Part shown: positions 19,856-27,494 of the stretch, piece after piece
How the letters are laid out: each line of letters begins with the position of its first letter
Position numbering within the stretch: position 1 is the stretch's first letter
Assembly: GCA_963803975.1 (NCBI GenBank)
Contig: CAWDOY010000024.1
Location: 1 to 35,195 of the forward strand
DNA from: an uncultured delta proteobacterium
GTDB lineage: Bacteria; Desulfobacterota; WTBG01; CAIYCZ01
Length of the DNA: 35,195 bases
Reading direction: 5' to 3'
The notes under the pieces: generated by a model
What the model was told of the DNA's origin: nothing
Database searches by the model: none
The model's input: the letters and a program-made list of their open reading frames with translations, nothing else
Translations under genes and position numbers: made by a program

Positions 19856-21430
19856 ATGAAACGCAAAATTCTATTCCTATCAGCGATCATTCTGGCATTT
19901 ATAGTAAGCGCGACAGGGTTACGGCAGGCTCTGGCTGAGGTGCGTTTTTTAGACGACAAGATTATTGTCAATGGAACAATTAAGCAGACGATGTACTATC
20001 GCACCCAGATGAACAGTGCTGAATACAAGACGTACCACAAGACCCGCATGGACTACAACCGTTTCAGCGCTCTCATTGAAGGGCAGTTCAAAATCAAGGA
20101 TTGTCCCGAGGAGCAGATAAACTTTATCGGCGGCTTTAAATACTGGTATGAGCTGGCACCGGTCTATGATCCTAAGATGCGCAATGGCATCAGCCCCGCA
20201 GTCCCCTCATTACAGAGAAACTGGTACTCTCGACCCCAGGACCGCGACCTGATTTCAGAGGCATATATAGATTACATACGCGGGCCGTGGAATATCCGGT
20301 TCGGGCAGCAGATTGCGGTCTGGGGTGAGACCGACATCAAGCGGACCGTTGACATCATTAACCCCATTGACGTCAGGCTCGGCTCTCCGGGTGTGGATGC
20401 CTGGGAAGAGATAAAGATGGCCTTGTTTATGCTGCGCGGCACCTACCAGAGCCAGCTTCCCGGCAACCTGCTGTTCGAAGCCCTCTACATCCCCGGAGAT
20501 TTCAGGCCAGCGCGGCTGCCGGTGGAAGGTACCCATTACGGCCCCAATCCAGTTATAAATAAAAACGGATTTTATCCCTACCTGCCCTATGGCGTAACTA
20601 CCTGGCAGTTTGAAAAGGCGCGCATGGACGCGCCAGGCTGGAACCTGAAGAATTATGAATACGGACTGCGCGTACGCGGCTTTACCTGGAACATTGACTG
20701 GACATTTCTTTATTATAACGGGCTGTATGACGCCCCGATTGCCATAGCTGATACACTGATCCCCTCTTTCACATCAGATTATATTCTCAAGGGTGTAGTA
20801 GGCTCCATCACCAAAAAGCCGCAGAAACCCACGTTCCCGGATGAAAAGTGTTTTAAGTACCCGCGCTACAGTATGATCGGCGGAACGGCCCAGACGGTAG
20901 TGCCCGCACTGCATGACTCGGTATGGCGCCTGGAATGGTTTTATAACCATAATGAACCCTATAACCGTGGGACTAACGCTGACAACGCCGCCATATACGA
21001 CTCGGTAAAACGTGACTGCTTAGGCATGGGCCTCAACTATGGTGATAAATTCACCATGCCCTGGACACACAAGTACTGTCAGGATAAAATGATGGATGTG
21101 AGCCTCACGTTCTTTTACGAGAGGGTGTTGCACTGGGATGATGATATTATTATTGCCGAGAGCGGCCGGGGGCACCGCCGCGGCGCAGCCCACTCTTCAG
21201 AGGTCGCCTGGAACGTGCAGCAGTTCTTCTTTAACCAGACAGTCATGTTAATGTTCACCGGAAGCTACAACCCCATTGGAAAATATTTCTTATGCCCGAT
21301 TATAGCTTATGTTCCGGGAAACCACTGGCGCGGGGAGCTTGGCTTCCCCACCTACGGATCCCGAACACCGTCCAACAAGGGCCTGCATGACAAAGACAGC
21401 ATCCTGATCCGCGCGCGCTACGAGTTTTAA
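19856..21430 (+). CDS. DUF1302-like outer-membrane beta-barrel protein, paralog B
   Basis: GGGAGG RBS, signal peptide, RFGQQIAVWGETD...DIINPID motif, C-terminal RYEF. Confidence 0.8.
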   Translation: MKRKILFLSAIILAFIVSATGLRQALAEVRFLDDKIIVNGTIKQTMYYRTQMNSAEYKTYHKTRMDYNRFSALIEGQFKIKDCPEEQINFIGGFKYWYELAPVYDPKMRNGISPAVPSLQRNWYSRPQDRDLISEAYIDYIRGPWNIRFGQQIAVWGETDIKRTVDIINPIDVRLGSPGVDAWEEIKMALFMLRGTYQSQLPGNLLFEALYIPGDFRPARLPVEGTHYGPNPVINKNGFYPYLPYGVTTWQFEKARMDAPGWNLKNYEYGLRVRGFTWNIDWTFLYYNGLYDAPIAIADTLIPSFTSDYILKGVVGSITKKPQKPTFPDEKCFKYPRYSMIGGTAQTVVPALHDSVWRLEWFYNHNEPYNRGTNADNAAIYDSVKRDCLGMGLNYGDKFTMPWTHKYCQDKMMDVSLTFFYERVLHWDDDIIIAESGRGHRRGAAHSSEVAWNVQQFFFNQTVMLMFTGSYNPIGKYFLCPIIAYVPGNHWRGELGFPTYGSRTPSNKGLHDKDSILIRARYEF

Positions 21431-21499
21431 GAGCTGACAGCTTTTAAAAGTAACTATTTAATAAATTTTTTGCAAACAATAAAGTGAAGGAGGTTATAC

Positions 21500-22813
21500 A
21501 TGAGTTTACGACGGTTTCAAACAAATGTACCAATGCTCTGCCTGCCACTGATTGTTCTTGCGCTACTTTTTGCGGCTCCGGTTATGGTCTGTGCGGAACA
21601 GCTTAACTTTCCTCTTGCCGCTTTTAGTGATGAGGAACTGGCAAAGGTGCGCGACTGGGAAAAGACCTGGGCGGGCAAAAAAATTGATCAGAGCAATGTT
21701 GACCAGATTAAGGAATTTTTACCAGAATCTTATGCCGGCGTTTATAAAAAGCCTGAGGTATGGAATGAGCCCAAGGGGTTCTGGTTTACCATCCTTCCCT
21801 ATAAGCGCTACGTAGAAACGAAAGGGATGATTGAGGCTACTAACAAGTATCATACTCAGGTGAAAGCTGATGCCCAGGGTATTATTCAGAATTATGGCGA
21901 AACAGCCGGCATGCCGTTTCCCAATCCGGATTTATCAGATCCCATGAAGGGTGGGCAGCAGCTTGCCTGGAATTATGATTTCAATACCCACGGTGATGCC
22001 TATCACTGGCTCAGAACCGGCCCGGCACTGGAAGTTAAGCAGAGGACTGAACGGGTTTCCAGTCAGGACATGACCGAGCTTTATTTCGTGAGCCGTGTGG
22101 ATGTTGACCCCAAGCCGAACCTTCTTGCCAGCAACCCCAAGGGCATGCGCCGGGGCTATTTCATTCATCTGTACAAGCCGCCCGAGTTCGTTAACACCCG
22201 CATGTTCAACATTCGCTATCTGGATTACAGCAAGAGTGATGACGGCTATATGTGGTACAGCCAGTTCAGGAGAATACGCAGAATTTCAACAGCGCAAAGA
22301 ACAGACTCAATTGACGGTTCAGACCTCATCTATGATGACGAATACTTATGGGACGGCGCAATCCCCAGAAATACGTATAAGTATATCGGCAAAAAAGACC
22401 TGCTGTGCAGCCGCCAGCAGGATCTTAAAATATTGCAAAGGGTGTCCGGCCAGGGCATGCCCAACGGCATCACCAGGGAACGGCTGAACACGATAGTTGT
22501 TGAAGTCGTGAGCAAAGATAAAAACTACATCTACGGGAAGCGGGTGTGGTATCTTGACCCGGAAAGCTATTATATCCAGTGGACCGAAATATATGATAAC
22601 CTGGGCAGGTTCTGGAAATGTTTTGAGAACTGGACCAATCAGTTCCCGCTGGAATCAACCGGCGAGATGAAAAAAGTGATTGTCGGAACTGAGTTCATGG
22701 ATTTTCAGCGGACTCATTGCGGCATCAGTTTTCAGGAATGCAAGGGTGTCGGCCTGACACGAGTTGACCAGAACATGTTCACCATCAATAACCTGCAGAA
22801 GGGCGGTTACTAA
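21500..22813 (+). CDS. DUF1329-like periplasmic protein, paralog B
   Basis: Signal peptide; GMPFP, DDGYMWYSQFRRIRR, YIYGKRVWYLD, IYDNLGRFWK motifs typical of this family; standard position after DUF1302. Confidence 0.85.
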   Translation: MSLRRFQTNVPMLCLPLIVLALLFAAPVMVCAEQLNFPLAAFSDEELAKVRDWEKTWAGKKIDQSNVDQIKEFLPESYAGVYKKPEVWNEPKGFWFTILPYKRYVETKGMIEATNKYHTQVKADAQGIIQNYGETAGMPFPNPDLSDPMKGGQQLAWNYDFNTHGDAYHWLRTGPALEVKQRTERVSSQDMTELYFVSRVDVDPKPNLLASNPKGMRRGYFIHLYKPPEFVNTRMFNIRYLDYSKSDDGYMWYSQFRRIRRISTAQRTDSIDGSDLIYDDEYLWDGAIPRNTYKYIGKKDLLCSRQQDLKILQRVSGQGMPNGITRERLNTIVVEVVSKDKNYIYGKRVWYLDPESYYIQWTEIYDNLGRFWKCFENWTNQFPLESTGEMKKVIVGTEFMDFQRTHCGISFQECKGVGLTRVDQNMFTINNLQKGGY

Positions 22814-22838
22814 TAACTGCCAGTTAACGGAAGAAGAT

Positions 22839-22870
22839 AAAAGCCTGCCTCATGTGAGGCAGGCTTTTTT
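22839..22870 (+). terminator. Intrinsic terminator
   Basis: AAAAGCCTGCCTCA-TG-TGAGGCAGGCTTTTTT. Confidence 0.9.
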
Positions 22871-22906
22871 GTCGCTTGCGACGCGCAGCAAAAACAATAA
22901 AATTCC

Positions 22907-22950
22907 TTGACATAAATCCTGCGATTTAGTTATATATGAGCGCACTCATA
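22907..22950 (+). promoter_or_regulatory. Sigma70-like promoter with palindromic operator TATGAGCGCACTCATA (22935-22950)
   Basis: TTGACA at 22907 and a TATATA-like -10 near 22931. The operator has the same ATGAG-N4-CTCAT form as the one at 15079. Confidence 0.72.
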
Positions 22951-23101
22951 ACCGGCGGACTGCGCCATCATCCTGATACGTTGGTATAGGTATAAAATTC
23001 TGTATGTGGTTTAAAACGCAATCCCAACCCACCCATAGCACTCTGCATTTTGAAACAATAAATCCTGATAGTATAAAACACCAATCACAAGGAGGACCTG
23101 C

Positions 23102-23872
23102 ATGCTAAGGGCTATTACTATTGCTATCCTGGGAAATTTATATTTTATCGTATCGCTGGCCATATTCCTGCCATTCCGCATGAAACCCGTCGAGAACTAT
23201 AACCTGTTTGCTTTTCCCATCATGGCTGCTATTTTCCTCGGCCTCTTATATAAGGCATGCACGGTCGAGAAAGAGAGCAAGGGCTATCTGTATGCGTTTT
23301 TCGCGGGCATTGTGATGTGGCAGGTTGTCGGTGAAATACCCTATATCAAAGTACCTGCGGGAAAAATACTGCAGTTCAGCGACCTGAATATAAAAATGCT
23401 CGGAGGATACTACTATATGCTGGCGGGATGGGTGCTGCTGCATATTCTGGTGCGAAGCGGGGCGTTAAAGCGGCAGGTCGCATTCTGCTTTGCAATCTTT
23501 CTCGGCATCTGGACCTTTGAGCTGTACATGGATAACTATTCTTTCAGAGTGCCGCTGGAAGTCATGCCCATGGTCGCAACGGTCATCATGTGGGTGGCCC
23601 TGATAGTGAGCATTGTGCTTCTCATTATGGCCAGGAAGGCAGCAACGGTCGAGCGCAAGACCGTGATAGGCGGTATTTTATACCTGACCCTTTCTATTAT
23701 ACTGATGTCATCAGGGCAGTGGAAAAAGCCTGCTGACTTCTATCTCAAGTATGAAAGCACTGCTTTAGTTGACGAGGCAAAAGACGTGCAGGAAGAAATA
23801 CAGTATGTCGAACACCTCAAAACACGGATGGGGATACAGTCTTATACGACTCCCAATCCATGGATAAAGTAA
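23102..23872 (+). CDS. Hypothetical polytopic membrane protein
   Basis: AGGAGG RBS and about 7 hydrophobic segments; no family recognised. Confidence 0.75.
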   Translation: MLRAITIAILGNLYFIVSLAIFLPFRMKPVENYNLFAFPIMAAIFLGLLYKACTVEKESKGYLYAFFAGIVMWQVVGEIPYIKVPAGKILQFSDLNIKMLGGYYYMLAGWVLLHILVRSGALKRQVAFCFAIFLGIWTFELYMDNYSFRVPLEVMPMVATVIMWVALIVSIVLLIMARKAATVERKTVIGGILYLTLSIILMSSGQWKKPADFYLKYESTALVDEAKDVQEEIQYVEHLKTRMGIQSYTTPNPWIK

Positions 23873-23936
23873 TCATAGCGGTTAGGAACAGAAACTTATA
23901 TATTTGATTTTGCATCCAATAACCGGAGGAAAGTGT

Positions 23937-24587
23937 ATGGCAGAAAATTACACAACACCGCTTGCCCGCGCGGCGAGAATAATGGAAATTGTTATCCCCT
24001 GCTATATGTTCGGCAAGGCCTGGGGGATAGCTGACGCGAAGACGGTTGATCTGTTCCGCGCCATGTTTCCCTCGTTTTTAATCGATATAGCGGAATTTTT
24101 TAAGAGAATAATGCAGACGGACAACGCTAATATCCAGAGATTTTTTTCTACGATGTCAGGTGCCATCGTCGGTTTCGTTGTTGTAGCGCTGCTGGCGCTG
24201 GTCATGCATTTGGTACTGCGGGACAGAAAATATATTAATTCCCTGCGGTTTACCGCAGTTTCTTTGATACCGATAGCGGTCCTGAACGGCACGCTCTCTC
24301 ATGCGATAAAAACCCTGGTGGAAAATATGGGCACGCAGACTGCTGACGCGCTGTATGCAAGCACGGTGAGCAGCTCCCAGGGCAATATCCTGATAGACGG
24401 CACCTTTTACCTGACGGCCATGTGGATGATGGGACGGAGAACCGGGGTCAGCAAGGGAAGGCGTTACGGCGTGGTTGGTGTGGGCATCGGCTTTATGGTG
24501 ATCTATATGGCATTGGGCCTGATGATTTCTCCCGCTGAGTGGCAGGCGCTTCTGCCCAAACTGCAACAGGCTCTTGCCAATCACTAA
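23937..24587 (+). CDS. Hypothetical membrane protein
   Basis: GGAGG before ATG 23937 and about 4-5 hydrophobic segments; no family recognised. Confidence 0.72.
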   Translation: MAENYTTPLARAARIMEIVIPCYMFGKAWGIADAKTVDLFRAMFPSFLIDIAEFFKRIMQTDNANIQRFFSTMSGAIVGFVVVALLALVMHLVLRDRKYINSLRFTAVSLIPIAVLNGTLSHAIKTLVENMGTQTADALYASTVSSSQGNILIDGTFYLTAMWMMGRRTGVSKGRRYGVVGVGIGFMVIYMALGLMISPAEWQALLPKLQQALANH

Positions 24588-24601
24588 AAGGAGGACTGAC
24601 C

Positions 24602-25711
24602 ATGACCATCACAAAACAGCGTTTTGTAACTATAAATAAATATGCGCTCTGGGCGGCGATATTCGTGTACCTGTATGGCCTGTTTGGGACCAAGATTATG
24701 CAGCCGGGAATATTTTTCGCACTTGCGGCGGGATTTTTCAACCTGCTGCACCAGAAGTATTTCAATGCGCGGCCGCGTCTTGCAGCGCATGTGTGGCTGA
24801 TTCCGGCAGTGATTGGTGCATTCACCTATCCAATGCTCATGGAGAAGCAGCCGAGCGGGCAGAACACATTTTATTTCATGCTGACCTTCATCATCAGCAT
24901 AATACCGTATCTGCTGCTGGTTTTCGGCAGCACCGAGGAGCAGCCGCCCAAAAAGGAGCGCCTCAAGGTAATCAGCTTCCGCATTTTTGCGCAGATAACG
25001 GTTTTCATGATCTACGCGGTGTTCACCGCTTATTCGTTCATCTATGGGTCAAATGTAGCTCTTTTTTTCTGGGGCATGTTTCATGTGTTGACTGTTGCCA
25101 TTTTGCCGTTTCTTTTCGGCAGGGTGCTCTGCGGCTGGCTCTGCCCCAATGCGACGCTGCAGGACGGCCTGTTTAAGAACATGACCTATACGCGCCCCAT
25201 TCCGAAGCTGCCCAAGGCAATTGAAGAGCAGAGCCACAGTACCGCCATGTATCTGAGCGGCGAGGTTGATAAGAATGCGCCGTATTTCCCGTTCACGCTG
25301 CTTCTTTCATGGTTCCCCATGTTTTTCTGCGAGACGGTCTTTGACCTGACCGGTGACCTCTGGTATCCCATATACTTCATGTATGGTCTTTTTATCGGCT
25401 CGTTGCTGCTTCCCTGGAGAAAGATGTGCACCCATTTCTGCTGGCTGTCATCGTACCGCGGGATTGCCGCGCACGGCAGCTTGTGGCGCATTCGCTATAA
25501 CAAATCAAAATGCAAGCAATGTAAAGTTTGCCAGGCAGAAAAAGCCTGCCCGTTCTATATTGACATCTGCGCCCAGGACAATGAAATGCCGGCAACCTGC
25601 TGCCTCTGCTTCAGCTGCATGGAAGCATGCCCGTTTGAGGGGGTCATAACGTTTAAGAGAGATCCGGAGGAAAAAGCGCGGATCAAGGCGCTGGGGAAGA
25701 AGGCCGCATAA
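24602..25711 (+). CDS. Membrane 4Fe-4S binding protein (NapH/MauN/RdxA-like)
   Basis: AGGAGG before ATG 24602. Many TM helices; GRVLCGWLCP, CTHFCW, CKQCKVCQAEKACP and CCLCFSCMEACP motifs. Confidence 0.85.
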   Translation: MTITKQRFVTINKYALWAAIFVYLYGLFGTKIMQPGIFFALAAGFFNLLHQKYFNARPRLAAHVWLIPAVIGAFTYPMLMEKQPSGQNTFYFMLTFIISIIPYLLLVFGSTEEQPPKKERLKVISFRIFAQITVFMIYAVFTAYSFIYGSNVALFFWGMFHVLTVAILPFLFGRVLCGWLCPNATLQDGLFKNMTYTRPIPKLPKAIEEQSHSTAMYLSGEVDKNAPYFPFTLLLSWFPMFFCETVFDLTGDLWYPIYFMYGLFIGSLLLPWRKMCTHFCWLSSYRGIAAHGSLWRIRYNKSKCKQCKVCQAEKACPFYIDICAQDNEMPATCCLCFSCMEACPFEGVITFKRDPEEKARIKALGKKAA

Positions 25712-25774
25712 CCTGCGCAACACCGTGCAGTATACATAGTGTGAAGTTTAAACCTGTCGCATGGAGGGGAGTCT

Positions 25775-26473
25775 ATGGGAAGCCTCAAAGATATTCACAC
25801 GCTTGCCCTGGCTGAGATAAAAAAGAGATTTTCTCTCAACCCGGTCCGGCTCAAATATCCGTTTCCGGAACGTTCAAAAAGAACGCTGGGCCTGGTAAAA
25901 GTAGACGGTCAGGTCTACAGCTCTGAACAGTTTTCCCGCGTGGTGTTTATGAAAATAGACTTGCCGTTCTATCTTTCAGTGCGCTCCACATTTCTGCGTC
26001 CCCGCATTGAACTTGATTTGCCGGTGTTCACCGGGGAGGTCGTCATCACCGGTAAGAAGCGCATGGTTATGGTGGATATTCACCGGGCCGGCGACGATGG
26101 GCAGCATGACGATAACGCGCTGTTCGACCGGATGATACAAATACGGGACCGGTATCCAGCCCTGCTAAAGAAGTCGGGTGCTGTCCAGGGAGAAATTCAG
26201 AGCGTTTTTTCAAGGGCAGCTGTTCAGTCGCGCATTACCGAAGCACAGGATGATGATGCGCGCGGCATCTTTCGCGAGTATCTCAATGTCTTTCTTGACC
26301 TGACCCAGAAATCAACGCCCCTCACCGGCGGATCGCTTGAACGGGCAAACAATGGTTTTGAGAAATATCTAAAGACCGTCGTCGACCACGACCCGGGCGT
26401 AAAGGGCTATAAGGTTCTGTTCGGCAAGGAAAGCGGTGTGACCCGCGCTCTGGATATCTTCTTTGACCGTTAA
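25775..26473 (+). CDS. Soluble FDBR/RCCR-like protein, paralog of 10654..11451
   Basis: FLRPRIELDLPVFTGEVV...KRMVMVDI and FEKYLKTVVDHDPGVKGYKVLFGKE...DIFF align by eye with the first copy and with FDBR motifs. Confidence 0.65.
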   Translation: MGSLKDIHTLALAEIKKRFSLNPVRLKYPFPERSKRTLGLVKVDGQVYSSEQFSRVVFMKIDLPFYLSVRSTFLRPRIELDLPVFTGEVVITGKKRMVMVDIHRAGDDGQHDDNALFDRMIQIRDRYPALLKKSGAVQGEIQSVFSRAAVQSRITEAQDDDARGIFREYLNVFLDLTQKSTPLTGGSLERANNGFEKYLKTVVDHDPGVKGYKVLFGKESGVTRALDIFFDR

Positions 26474-26494
26474 CCATTTTTCAGGAAAGAAAAT

Positions 26495-26529
26495 AAAAAA
26501 ACCCTGCAGAATCTCTGTAGGGTTTTTAT
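26495..26529. terminator. Bidirectional intrinsic terminator
   Basis: AAAAAAACCCTGCAGA-ATC-TCTGTAGGGTTTTTAT between convergent genes. Confidence 0.85.
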
Positions 26530-26552
26530 GACTGGCTTCTGACTTCTTTCTA

Positions 26553-27134
26553 TCATTTCTGCTTCTTTAATGCAGCCCCCAGTTTTCTGCCTGCATCTTC
26601 TGCCCGTTTCATAACTTCCGGCATATCTACAACATCATTCATCCCCACCGGTTCAGCCAATGCTGCAACGATCTTCATTTTATGACAGTAATCAAGAAAT
26701 ACCTTGAGCGTTTCAATGGTCCGCTCATGACCTGCGCCCGCGACGGTGGTTATCGCGACCGCCGGTTTCCCGGTAAATGGCCGTTTTCCCAGCACCTCGA
26801 TTTCCGCATCCGGGCCGATACCCCGGTAGTAGAGGGCCATGTTACGGTCGATGAAGCATTTCACCGCGCCTGAGACATCCAGGAAGTAGGTGGGTGCGCC
26901 GACAATCAGGGCATCAGCCTGCAGCAGCTTTTCATATATCTCCTGCATGGCATCCTGAATGATGCATATACCGTCATTCATCATACAGTTAGCACAGCCG
27001 GTACACGGCTTGATTTCATTCCGGGCAAGATATATGAGCTCATATTCACACCCGGATGCCTCGGCAACTTTCTTTACCAGCTTGTTGGTATTGCTTTCAT
27101 CGCGATAACTGCCGCAAATACCCAGTACTTTCAT
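26553..27134 (-). CDS. Iron-sulfur flavoprotein (Isf)/NADPH-dependent FMN reductase family
   Basis: GICGSYR..SNT FMN loop, CTGCANCMMNDGIC (CX2CX2CX6C), ADALIVGAPTYF...KCFIDR. Confidence 0.9.
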   Translation of the reverse strand: MKVLGICGSYRDESNTNKLVKKVAEASGCEYELIYLARNEIKPCTGCANCMMNDGICIIQDAMQEIYEKLLQADALIVGAPTYFLDVSGAVKCFIDRNMALYYRGIGPDAEIEVLGKRPFTGKPAVAITTVAGAGHERTIETLKVFLDYCHKMKIVAALAEPVGMNDVVDMPEVMKRAEDAGRKLGAALKKQK

Positions 27135-27176
27135 AACGCCTCCTGATTACTATGTTATAGTCCCTTAATTGTTTTA

Positions 27177-27350
27177 GCCACAGAACCACACAGATTTTCA
27201 CAGAAAGAGATTTTTAACTTCAGTGTTATTCTGTCCACCCTCCGCCGCGCTTCCAGCCGCCATACGAAGCACGCTTCGTGCGGAGGGCAGGAACCACGCT
27301 TTGCGCGGAGACAGGCAGAAATGCTTCGGAGGACGGGCGTTTTCTGTGGC
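27177..27350. repeat. Interrupted (CACAGA)n...(TCTGTG)n palindromic repeat with nested GC-rich inserts
   Basis: GCCACAGAACCACACAGATTTTCACAGA ... TCAGTGTTATTCTGT[insert of about 100 bp]GTTTTCTGTGGC. Confidence 0.55.
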
Positions 27351-27422
27351 CATAAATTCCGGTATTGTAAACGGTAGTATATGAAAGATGGTATGTCAAG
27401 CGCAACAGAATTCTATTGCAAA

Positions 27423-27451
27423 TTGACTATAAAATATATTTTCAGTATAGT
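27423..27451 (+). promoter_or_regulatory. Sigma70-like promoter
   Basis: TTGACT-17 nt-TATAGT upstream of 27495. Confidence 0.55.
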
Positions 27452-27494
27452 TTATGACGCTGGTTAAAAATTCTCCTCATGGAGTTTGTTCAAC

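Noticed and set aside
27034..27043. ATGAGCTCAT (and ATGAGTTGCTCGT near 15585) as further TetR sites
   Set aside because: The spacing differs from N4. The first lies inside a CDS and the second has a mismatched arm.
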